A DNA stretch of 64,000 nt from an uncultured Nitrososphaerota archaeon (lineage in GTDB: Archaea; Thermoproteota; EX4484-205; JAAOZO01): positions 32,001 to 96,000 of the forward strand of contig CAYOYV010000005.1 in assembly GCA_964408285.1 (NCBI GenBank), read 5' to 3'. The notes beneath the pieces are model-generated. The model worked only from the letters and a program-made list of their open reading frames with translations, was not told the DNA's origin and searched no databases. This document shows, in pieces, positions 56,149-64,000 of the stretch (the stretch's first letter is position 1; every line of letters starts with the position of its first letter). Both the position numbers and the translations under genes were made by a program.

Positions 56149-57444
56149 ATGAGCCCATCATGCACCGAAATCGCCAGTTTCGAAGCGGGCTTGCTCTTGC
56201 TGCTTGTGCTTGTGGCTGTGGCTCGGACTTGCCATCCAGATGCGGGATCCTTCGTGGCAGAAGTCTGGTTGGGGATGTATAGCGATAACTGGTCAAGTGA
56301 CAAGCAAACTTGGTCGAAGCAAGTTGACGAGCGATTCAGTTCTCTGAGGGAGGCCGGGATCGATGCAATTTATTTCATGGTGAAGGACCCTTGGGGATAT
56401 GTATATTATGAATCGAAGTATGCTCCATTATCTTCGAAGTACAGCTGGGATCTCTTGAAGGAAGTCCTTGAGAAGGCGAAATCGTACAATCTGAAGATCT
56501 ATCCCTACGTAAACGCTCTCGCTGAGGGCGAATCCCAACCTGGTTTCTATCTAAATGCTCATCCAGAGATGGCAATCCTTTCTACCTCAGATGAAAGAGG
56601 ATGGGTGGATCCTTCGAGTACTGAGTACATTGACAGATTGGTCTCAATCGTGGAGGAGATAGCGACGAACTATGATATCGATGGTATTCAGTTGGATAGA
56701 ATCAGAATGCCGGGGAGGGTAATCAGAGCGAAGGCCAGTCAGGAACTCTACAAGCAATTGACAGGCCTGTCCCCTCAAGACGATGATACGAAATGGCAAG
56801 ACTTCATGAGAGAACGGGTTACGCAGGTGGTCGTACGAGTTAAGGAAAGACTGAAAGCCATAGACCGCGACCTCAGATTCTCAGTTGCCGTTTTTCCCTC
56901 TCCCTTGAGTGCTCGGACAAACCAACTCCAAGACTGGACTAGATGGGTCAAAGAAGGTTATGTGGACTATGTCTGCACAATGGCATATGCCCAAGGAATC
57001 ATGACCTTCAAGTCCTATGTAGATGAGGAAATGAAGGAGTCAACTCCCTCTAGGCTTCATGTGGGCATTGCTGCCTATCTTCTGGGAGCAGCCGATTTGA
57101 GCCTTCAGATGAAATATGTTGTTCTTGATTCTGGTTTGCCTGCAGTTGTCTTCTTCAATGGGGACGCCCTAACGTCGAACAAAGATCTCCTGAGCGCAAT
57201 AGCGAAAGGAAAGGAGGGTCAATTTGAAAAAGAATCTCCATATGGATTTCTCCTTACGGGGGCTGGTATTGCAGCCATTGCGGGAGTCCTTGCCGTCTTC
57301 CTGCTTGCTAGGAGGAGAAGGAAACCTGCCAACCTGATTGCTGCTGCACTTCCCTCACATGCTGCTTGGTTCATCTTGTCAGGGACGGGAACGGACCCGG
57401 TTTCATCACAGGTCCCCTACGCCAAGGCAGGACATAGTAACTAA
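56149..57444 (+). CDS. GHL10 (YddW/DigH-like) glycoside hydrolase with signal peptide and C-terminal TM anchor
   Basis: AGIDAIYFMV, WDLLKEVLEKA, WVDPS, YDIDGIQLD, FSVAVFP, QDWTRWVKEGYVDYVCTMAY and a TM helix followed by RRRRK. Confidence 0.88.
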   Translation: MSPSCTEIASFEAGLLLLLVLVAVARTCHPDAGSFVAEVWLGMYSDNWSSDKQTWSKQVDERFSSLREAGIDAIYFMVKDPWGYVYYESKYAPLSSKYSWDLLKEVLEKAKSYNLKIYPYVNALAEGESQPGFYLNAHPEMAILSTSDERGWVDPSSTEYIDRLVSIVEEIATNYDIDGIQLDRIRMPGRVIRAKASQELYKQLTGLSPQDDDTKWQDFMRERVTQVVVRVKERLKAIDRDLRFSVAVFPSPLSARTNQLQDWTRWVKEGYVDYVCTMAYAQGIMTFKSYVDEEMKESTPSRLHVGIAAYLLGAADLSLQMKYVVLDSGLPAVVFFNGDALTSNKDLLSAIAKGKEGQFEKESPYGFLLTGAGIAAIAGVLAVFLLARRRRKPANLIAAALPSHAAWFILSGTGTDPVSSQVPYAKAGHSN

Positions 57445-57481
57445 AGGAAGCATTAGGTCTGTAAGAGTTAAATCATCGAGT

Positions 57482-57913
57482 ATGAAGTCTGACCTAGATT
57501 TGAACATCAAGATCTTCTTGACAAGTATCTCGGGAGAGAGATTTTGGGATGTGGACGTGCCACCTCCGCCTCAATTGCAGATAGGAGTCAACATAAATGT
57601 CCTAGACATGAAACAGAAGTCAGAGAGTTCTGCTGAAGTGCCCTTCATTCTGACCGTTCAATACACCCCATCGATGGGGCAACTGACAGCAAAAGGCAGG
57701 GCGGGAATTGATGGAACGGCTGAGGAAATAGCACAGCTGAAGTCAGGCGTGCAGACGAATCAGCTTCCGACGATGGTGGTTCAGGCCGTCAGCAGCTTCG
57801 TCATGGGTGAACTTGTAATCCTCAGCAAATCGCTGGGCCTGCCGCCCCCACTGCCACCCATGGTGCCCCAGACTCAGCTGACGCAGGAAGGGCAACAACG
57901 CTTCACAATCTGA
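57482..57913 (+). CDS. Conserved archaeal hypothetical protein, possible SecB-like fold
   Basis: Four beta-strand-like segments, then helices ending ILSKSLGLPPPLP. ATG 57482 is preceded by TTAAA. Confidence 0.65.
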   Translation: MKSDLDLNIKIFLTSISGERFWDVDVPPPPQLQIGVNINVLDMKQKSESSAEVPFILTVQYTPSMGQLTAKGRAGIDGTAEEIAQLKSGVQTNQLPTMVVQAVSSFVMGELVILSKSLGLPPPLPPMVPQTQLTQEGQQRFTI

Positions 57914-57994
57914 TGATTCTGGCTTACTCCATCTTTTTCTTGCATAGGCAGAGATGCAACGTACCGGCGACTTGCATGAGAGGAAGCATCAGGC

Positions 57995-60106
57995 TTGGGA
58001 ACAGTTATCAACACGTATCGACGCACTGCCTCAATGGTCCGCGGGACATGTAATCCCATAGTGACGGAAAAAGGCCGGAAAATCACTTTCGAGATCCTCT
58101 GGAAGGACAAGCCCCCGATTGATGTGAGATTGGTGAAACCGTCGAACCCGGTTCTAGAGCTGGGAGTGAGGACGAAGAGGCATGGGATTCGGATAGCCTA
58201 CGACGATACTGACAGAGAAGGATTGTATCTATTCAATATCGTCAGTGGCCAAACCAAAAGGAAACGGTGTGTCTTGGTTGGCGATTTGATCGCAGATTGG
58301 TATACCGCGTCCATGGCCATAGAGCAAGGCAAAGAGGGAATTGTGAGACACCTCGACTCATTCTCGCAACATGGAAATCTGATTGTCCTACATCATCTGA
58401 CTGGTCCTGAAGGCGTCTTCTACGAGAGTCGGCAATTCCCAATCGCTGAGAACGCAGAACCTGCCCTAATAGATTTCTTTCTTTCGGAATCAGCACGAAG
58501 GGGATGCACTGTTCTCTTTTCCTATCACTGGGTTCCTGATGACTACATCAACATGTGGAGACATCCTTCCCCTAAGCAGATATTTCAGGCCAAGAGGGTC
58601 ATAGAGGAACTCCATCAACGATACTCTCGTTACGATTCTATGGCAGGATTCTATGCATACTGGGAGCCCGGAGATGTGCAGGATCTCCCATACTATCGAG
58701 AGACGATGGATTACGTCAAGCGACTTGACACTGGTCTATTCACCGCGTGTGCGCCCTATGTCTTCTCCACCGAAAGATACCAGGGAGGATCGCTTCCGTT
58801 GATATTCTCTGCGCTGTCTTCTGTCCGATCTCTTGATTGTTTTATACCCCAATCAAGTGTTGCGGTCTTTCCTTACCCATTGAGTAGAACAAAGGATCAT
58901 ATTCTGCTTGCAGCTGCTTCATCGAGTGGCCTAGGGAAAATAGTCCTCGGTCATGTTGAGACTTTTGGAAGATCGTTTGTCAAGGGAGAATCTGCACCTC
59001 CTTCTTCATTCATTGAGGCCCAGATACTCGGTGCTTCATTGACAAGTGGGGCTTCTGGAGATGCATTCTTCGTCTATGCCTATCTGCTTGGTAGGAGACC
59101 GAATGAGAATGGCTCCATTGAGAGGGCAATGAAATTCCTCAAGCTCACAGGTCCCCACAGAAGGAAGCCGATTCCAGTGGCCGTCTATTCCCCCCTTCAA
59201 GCGTCTCACTGGCCCAACGTTCTAAGTCCTTTTCTCCTGAGGACTCGAAAGCTGGGCTTGGACCTCGGTGTTGTACAGCCCCCTTTCTCGTGTGACAGGA
59301 AATGGAAGAGATGGATCAAGTCAAATGTCAAGGTGCTTATTCTGCCCGATCCTCCTGAACTCGTAGAATCGGAGGCCGGATTCCTGGCGGAATATATCAA
59401 AGACGGAGGGGAACTCGTAGTTATCGGCTATCCTCCTAGCGGGATCCGGAAACTGATGGGAATCGAAAGCAGGAACATAGGGAGATATGGTGGCCTCAAG
59501 CTGCTGAGAGCATTGGGCGAAAGGGTATCGATTGACACTGTGAGTAGATTCGGGTTCGAGCTAGTCTTTTGCGCTACATGTGTGGAGGCAGAGCCCCTAG
59601 CAGTCTATGAATCAATCCCCTCCGGATATCAACCCGGGGCCTATGCCATCGCGAGGATGCAGAGAGGCCGAGGTTCTGGATTCTTCATCGGACTTCCATC
59701 AGCTTTGCTGCTCGAGAAAATCCCGAATATCCTGCTTGACATTCTGGATGCCGCTCTGTCAAGGAATGACCTTCGGATTCCTTGGGAAGTCAGAGGTCTG
59801 ACCGATGAATGCGACTTGATGAGCAAGGAGGATTTCTTGGCAGCAGTGAACTATGCAGAAAAGGAGATCGAGGCGACCGCTATCTTTCGAGGCGCAGTGG
59901 GGAGAAGGTCTCTCCAATTGATCGGAGATGCGTATCCTGTGAGGCATTCTGGGGAAGCAATTGAGCTAAGACTCCTGCTTAGGCAATGTAAGCCAGCAGG
60001 GGCCGTTCTCGTGAGACAATCGGGAGTGGATTGCCCAAACGCGATGGAATGTGATGAACTCCCAGATTCAGTTAAGCCACAGGATCAATCGCTGGCAACC
60101 CAATGA
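57995..60106 (+). CDS. Putative glycoside hydrolase (DUF4434-like TIM barrel plus beta-galactosidase-trimerisation-like domain)
   Basis: ELHQRYSRYDSMAGFYAYWE, PQSSV and HVETF, with C-terminal VLILPD..EYIKDGGELVV and RGRGSGFFIG. The start may be ATG 58034. Confidence 0.55.
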   Translation: MGTVINTYRRTASMVRGTCNPIVTEKGRKITFEILWKDKPPIDVRLVKPSNPVLELGVRTKRHGIRIAYDDTDREGLYLFNIVSGQTKRKRCVLVGDLIADWYTASMAIEQGKEGIVRHLDSFSQHGNLIVLHHLTGPEGVFYESRQFPIAENAEPALIDFFLSESARRGCTVLFSYHWVPDDYINMWRHPSPKQIFQAKRVIEELHQRYSRYDSMAGFYAYWEPGDVQDLPYYRETMDYVKRLDTGLFTACAPYVFSTERYQGGSLPLIFSALSSVRSLDCFIPQSSVAVFPYPLSRTKDHILLAAASSSGLGKIVLGHVETFGRSFVKGESAPPSSFIEAQILGASLTSGASGDAFFVYAYLLGRRPNENGSIERAMKFLKLTGPHRRKPIPVAVYSPLQASHWPNVLSPFLLRTRKLGLDLGVVQPPFSCDRKWKRWIKSNVKVLILPDPPELVESEAGFLAEYIKDGGELVVIGYPPSGIRKLMGIESRNIGRYGGLKLLRALGERVSIDTVSRFGFELVFCATCVEAEPLAVYESIPSGYQPGAYAIARMQRGRGSGFFIGLPSALLLEKIPNILLDILDAALSRNDLRIPWEVRGLTDECDLMSKEDFLAAVNYAEKEIEATAIFRGAVGRRSLQLIGDAYPVRHSGEAIELRLLLRQCKPAGAVLVRQSGVDCPNAMECDELPDSVKPQDQSLATQ

Positions 60107-60753
60107 ACAGCATTCTTGATTATCAACTGCACATTCGGATCGCGGAATGTTGGAAACGTCTCGTGCCCCGCTCTGAAGTAGAAGATCTTGCCTTTGCCTG
60201 CGGTCCAAGTCAGACCTGAACGGAATACCGCGCCGTCAGTCTCGAAAACCGACACTAGGACCAGATCCTTGGGTCTTGGAATGTCGAAGGGTTCGCCGTA
60301 CATTTCCTCCTTGGGGAGGATGAAGTCAGACACCCCTTGCGATATCGGGTGAAATCGGTCGACGATGTGCACGCGCTCTGACTTTCCATCTTCGCGCCAA
60401 CTTCCGAGGCTGCATTTGGTGCCCATCAGCTTGATGAATGGTTTGGAGAAGTGCGAGGAATGCAGAGCGATGAAACCCATTCCTTCGTTCCTAACCCTTC
60501 CGACAACTCTCTCAACTGCTTCTTCGGGGACTTGTGCATGCTTCTGATGACCCCACCAAATCAGAACATCGGCTCTGGAAAGAATTTCCTCGTTAAGGCC
60601 GGAGTCCGGATCCGAAATCTGGGATGTGACTGCCCTTACGCCAGGCACTCTGTTCAGATAGTCTGCCAACTCACCATGTATGCCCTTCGGATAGACTCCT
60701 TTGGGCTCCGTGAATTCTGACCAAGCTAGAACGTTCAGTGTTACGGGGTTCAT
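60085..60753 (-). CDS. ThuA family (trehalose utilization) protein
   Basis: VYPKGIH, LIWWGH, GMGFIALHSSHFSK, EEMYGEPFDIP, VFRSG and YFRAGHETFP. Confidence 0.9.
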   Translation of the reverse strand: MNPVTLNVLAWSEFTEPKGVYPKGIHGELADYLNRVPGVRAVTSQISDPDSGLNEEILSRADVLIWWGHQKHAQVPEEAVERVVGRVRNEGMGFIALHSSHFSKPFIKLMGTKCSLGSWREDGKSERVHIVDRFHPISQGVSDFILPKEEMYGEPFDIPRPKDLVLVSVFETDGAVFRSGLTWTAGKGKIFYFRAGHETFPTFRDPNVQLIIKNAVHWVASD

Positions 60754-60932
60754 GCTTCCAATCTATCGCTCAGTCTTTTGGATACGGTTAAACGTTTCGG
60801 GCAACATCCGTCTTCCAAGAAATCGCCTCATAAAGGGTGAGACCAGAAGGCTCCAGCCGCATTGCAGAGACGACGAGACCGTAGGATGGTCTGGGCTTTA
60901 AATAGCTGGGAAGTCGCATTCACTGTTAAAGG

Positions 60933-61853
60933 ATGGTTGACATAGTCCCCTTTGAGCAGGAAATGCTGAAGCGGATAAACAGAGCCGCCAATCGAAATCT
61001 CAGCCACGACATTATCTCCCACGACACATTCAAAAGAATGACCATATTAGATCCTAATTTCGATAGACAATATTCTCTGGTTGCATTGGATCAGGGCATT
61101 GAGGTCGGATTCCTGCTCGGGGTGAGAAGAACGAGGGCTCCTGAAGCCATGGTCAGCAAACAGAAGGACATAGCCTGGGTGAAGCTCTTCTTCGTCGAAA
61201 AACATCTTAGGCGGTCTGGGATAGGCTCGCAGCTTTTCGCCCAATTCGAGGCGATGATGGAAAAGAATGGAATTAGCAAAATCAGGATATCCGATTACCC
61301 TGCTTGGAACCTGACATCAGGACTGGACGTAAGATATGAGGAGGCAATCGAATTCCTTTCTAGAAGGGGATATAGAAAGGTCGGGGAGACGGTTGACTAC
61401 GAGATAGATTTGCTTGACTTTTATGTCCCAAGAAGAATCATGGGCTTCGAGAACGGGGAGGTCACCACCAGAAGAGCGGAGCAATCTGAGAGGATGAGGG
61501 TGATAGAGTGGGTCGAGAAGCTCTTCTCGACATTCTGGAGAGTAGAGGCCGATCGGGCCTTCGACTACGAGAAGCCAAAGATCTGGATAGCAGAGCAGGG
61601 TGATCGCATCATTGGATTCTCCGTATACAGCGCTTTCGAACCCAGTTGGTTCGGTCCGATTGGTGTTGAACCAGAGGTCAGGACGAGGGGTATAGGATCT
61701 CTTCTGCTTTTCAATTCGCTCAGGGACATGAGGGAAGAAGGACAGAGGATAGCAGTAGTACCCTGGACCAGCCACCTCTTCTTCTACGCACAGGTTCCCG
61801 GAATAAGAAGGATACGGCATTATTGGATAATGGAGAAGACTCTGACGGCGTAA
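60933..61853 (+). CDS. Tandem-domain GNAT N-acetyltransferase
   Basis: VEKHLRRSGIGSQL and FGPIGVEPEVRTRGIGSLL motifs. Paralog of 16037..16957. Confidence 0.85.
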   Translation: MVDIVPFEQEMLKRINRAANRNLSHDIISHDTFKRMTILDPNFDRQYSLVALDQGIEVGFLLGVRRTRAPEAMVSKQKDIAWVKLFFVEKHLRRSGIGSQLFAQFEAMMEKNGISKIRISDYPAWNLTSGLDVRYEEAIEFLSRRGYRKVGETVDYEIDLLDFYVPRRIMGFENGEVTTRRAEQSERMRVIEWVEKLFSTFWRVEADRAFDYEKPKIWIAEQGDRIIGFSVYSAFEPSWFGPIGVEPEVRTRGIGSLLLFNSLRDMREEGQRIAVVPWTSHLFFYAQVPGIRRIRHYWIMEKTLTA

Positions 61854-61883
61854 ATGGGGCGCAGCATTTCGGAAAGATTCCGC

Positions 61884-62681
61884 TCAAAGTGATCTGTCTT
61901 CGATGAAAGGTATCACGAACGCAGCAATGAATCCCAGAGATATGGAACACAAGAGCAGCAACGCAGTATCAGTAATCGGACGTATGACGACGAAGTAGAG
62001 GACTCCGATGAGTGCAATACTTCCGACTGCGAAAATCCCCCTTTTGATTCGATTGCCGGGTTCTCTTAGATTTCTGCGCTCTGCCAGGAAGTATCCGCTC
62101 AGGACACCAATGAGAATTCCGTTCGTGATGGCATTTGCCTGAAGGCCCAGTCCGGACCAAAATGAAAGAAGAAAAAGGACTACAGGCACGGTCAGCCATA
62201 TGATTCTATTCCATCGTCCGAGACGGGAGGACAAATCGGATCTCTGTATGACTATGGAAAGCGACAATACCGCGAGGCCCGTGATCCACCCTCCTATGAT
62301 GTCCAGAGGATAATGGACGCTTAATGCGATTCTGGAATAGGAGACAAGCAGAACAGTCGCAATTGACATCAAGCCCAGAGGGAGGTTGCTGAAGTTATAT
62401 GAGAGATAGCCCCAAAGCACCACGCTTCCTTGGGCATGTCCACTAGGAAATCCGTACCCCTCTACCGCAACCTTCCACAACTCTGTGGGAGGTCTCGGCA
62501 TCTTGAAGAAATCCTTCGCGATGGCATTGATGCACATGTTCAGGAGAACCACTGTCGATACTCTGGCTCCTAGCCTTCTCTCATAAAAGAGATAGATAAG
62601 CGAAAGAATGACGATGTAGAATCTCTCCTCCCCCAATTGTGTCACTGCCAGCCAAATGAAATCCACAACTTCCATAGGCAA
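61884..62681 (-). CDS. PAP2 family membrane phosphatase
   Basis: KDFFKMPRP, GFPSGH and SRIALSVHYPLD motifs, with multiple TM helices. Confidence 0.92.
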   Translation of the reverse strand: MPMEVVDFIWLAVTQLGEERFYIVILSLIYLFYERRLGARVSTVVLLNMCINAIAKDFFKMPRPPTELWKVAVEGYGFPSGHAQGSVVLWGYLSYNFSNLPLGLMSIATVLLVSYSRIALSVHYPLDIIGGWITGLAVLSLSIVIQRSDLSSRLGRWNRIIWLTVPVVLFLLSFWSGLGLQANAITNGILIGVLSGYFLAERRNLREPGNRIKRGIFAVGSIALIGVLYFVVIRPITDTALLLLCSISLGFIAAFVIPFIEDRSL

Positions 62682-62747
62682 AGTCAGCGATCCCGTGGTT
62701 ATTAATTGGTGTCGTCAAGGCGAATATTCCGAGCTGTCCGTCCACAG

Positions 62748-62770
62748 AGGGAAGAAGAACGAAAAAAGGG
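62748..62770 (-). terminator. Pyrimidine/oligo-T tract downstream of the RAM-domain genes (archaeal-type terminator)
   Basis: The minus strand reads CCCTTTTTTCGTTCTTCTTCCCT about 15 nt after the stop at 62783. Confidence 0.4.
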
Positions 62771-62782
62771 ATTTGGGGACCT

Positions 62783-63004
62783 TCAGACTTCTACCAAAGT
62801 CTCGGTCCTCTTCACTCCACTGACTGCATGTATTGACTTGAGAATTCTGCCAAGGGAAGCTCTGTCGCCAGCCTTTACCAATATTACCCCGTCGAATCTG
62901 CCGAATGTTATGAACACATCCTCAACACCTTCAAGTCTTTTGATCGCGGCAATAGTCTTGCCAGGGGCCTTTCCGCGTAGCCTAATTAGAGTCAGGGCCT
63001 TCAT
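62783..63004 (-). CDS. Stand-alone Lrp/AsnC ligand-binding (RAM) domain protein
   Basis: LEGVEDVFITFGRFDGVILV...GVKRTETL, with no HTH. Confidence 0.85.
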   Translation of the reverse strand: MKALTLIRLRGKAPGKTIAAIKRLEGVEDVFITFGRFDGVILVKAGDRASLGRILKSIHAVSGVKRTETLVEV

Positions 63005-63011
63005 GCGTCAT

Positions 63012-63242
63012 TCACCTCTTTTGTACCTCCACTAGGGTCTCCGAGGCAGTGACTCCCTTTATTCCAAGGACGCTTAGGGCCAAATTCGAGAGTTCGTTGA
63101 GATCACCCACATCAGCCACCACAGCTATGTCCGCCCTTCCTGTGACGGGGAAGGCTTCGTTGACTCCCTTCAGCTTCTTCAGATGTGCAACGACGTCCTC
63201 ATACGCTCCTGCTTCAGTGAACACCAATATTGCTGCCTTCAT
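63012..63242 (-). CDS. Stand-alone Lrp/AsnC ligand-binding (RAM) domain protein
   Basis: LKGVNEAFPVTGRADIAVV...IKGVTASETL, with no HTH. ATG 63242. Confidence 0.85.
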   Translation of the reverse strand: MKAAILVFTEAGAYEDVVAHLKKLKGVNEAFPVTGRADIAVVADVGDLNELSNLALSVLGIKGVTASETLVEVQKR

Positions 63243-63360
63243 CTCACATTCGCACAATCAGAAGCTCAGGGAGGGAATATTAGATTTTCGAGCAAGGGCT
63301 TGAGAAGACGTAGACACGGCTCAAAAGCGATAAATTCGGCAAGAGATCCACCTCACCGAG

Positions 63361-64000
63361 TTGTCGCATGCGCGGACTGCTGGAAAACGGGTTGTCTCTA
63401 AGATACTCCCTAGGCTCAGCTCTTCTCTCGATATTGAGCCTTCTAGATTCGCTGCTCTTCATCTTGCGTCGAAGCATGCTGATACATTCCAATTGCTTCT
63501 CGGGACGGTGTTGTCGCAGAACACGAACGATAGGAACGCTCTTGCGGCTTTCGAACGCCTGTCAGGAATAGTGGGTACATCCCCCGAAGCAATCTCTGGG
63601 GCACCTTTCTCCAAGATTCGCAATGCCATAAGGCCAGCTGGCATGTTCAATATCAGGGCAAAGAGAATCAAGGAGTTGGCACGATGTATCCTTGAAAAAC
63701 ATGATGGCGACTTGAGTTGGATTCGCGCGCTCCCACTCGAGAACGCTAGGAGCATGATATTGGATCTGCCTCAGGTCGGACCGAAAACGGCAGATGTCCT
63801 GCTGTTGTTCGTCGGCCACAAAAGAACCTTCCCTATAGACACTCATATCAGTAGAGTCTCAAGAAGGCTTCACATCATTACAGATCAAGATAATTACGAA
63901 CAAGCCAGGAAGAAGCTAATGAAGGCATTTCCCCCCTCGAGATACCTTCAAGCCCATCTTCTTCTCATAGAACATGGTAGGCGAACTTGCAGGGCGAGGA
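63361..64000 (+). CDS. nth: Endonuclease III (HhH-GPD DNA glycosylase/AP lyase), 3'-truncated by window edge; absent from ORF track
   Basis: Manual translation from TTG 63361: FQLLLGTVLSQNTNDRN, IRPAGMFNIRAKRI, LPQVGPKTADV, FPIDTHISRV and HGRRTCRAR. Confidence 0.9.
   Translation, partial: MSHARTAGKRVVSKILPRLSSSLDIEPSRFAALHLASKHADTFQLLLGTVLSQNTNDRNALAAFERLSGIVGTSPEAISGAPFSKIRNAIRPAGMFNIRAKRIKELARCILEKHDGDLSWIRALPLENARSMILDLPQVGPKTADVLLLFVGHKRTFPIDTHISRVSRRLHIITDQDNYEQARKKLMKAFPPSRYLQAHLLLIEHGRRTCRAR

Noticed and set aside
1-64000. CRISPR arrays, IS elements, integrases, tRNA/rRNA genes
   Set aside because: No regularly spaced repeats, transposase or recombinase motifs, or tRNA/rRNA signatures were recognised by eye. 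tRNAscan-SE and Infernal would be needed to exclude small or intron-containing RNAs.

Overview
This is a gene-dense window from an archaeal chromosome. Evidence for the archaeal origin includes an archaeal-type TrpRS, a PINA-ATPase remnant, stand-alone Lrp/AsnC RAM domains, a class II SOR-like protein and TATA-like promoters. The gene content suggests an anaerobic, sugar-scavenging heterotroph of the TACK/Thermoproteota group, for example Bathyarchaeia- or Brockarchaeia-like (inference). I saw no rRNA, tRNA, CRISPR array, transposase or integrase. The main contents are: an EtfB-EtfA-FAD 2-hydroxyacid dehydrogenase operon; a Thermotoga-type inositol catabolic cluster (iolN, iolO, iolM, iolG) linked to uxaE and an unusually large transaldolase-family protein; several glycoside hydrolases (GH29, GH38, GHL10, DUF4434-like); transporters; three decayed gene remnants; a rubredoxin missed by the ORF track; and a ~1 kb non-coding region with origin-like composition. 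The four best leads are: (1) a divergent pair of membrane-anchored putative peptidoglycan hydrolases (Zn amidase plus DigH-like GHL10) in an archaeon; (2) a possible new keto-uronate transaldolase route downstream of the inositol pathway; (3) a membrane-spanning one-component regulator locus; (4) the origin-like/G-quadruplex intergenic region. All family calls come from motif recognition by eye; no database search was run.
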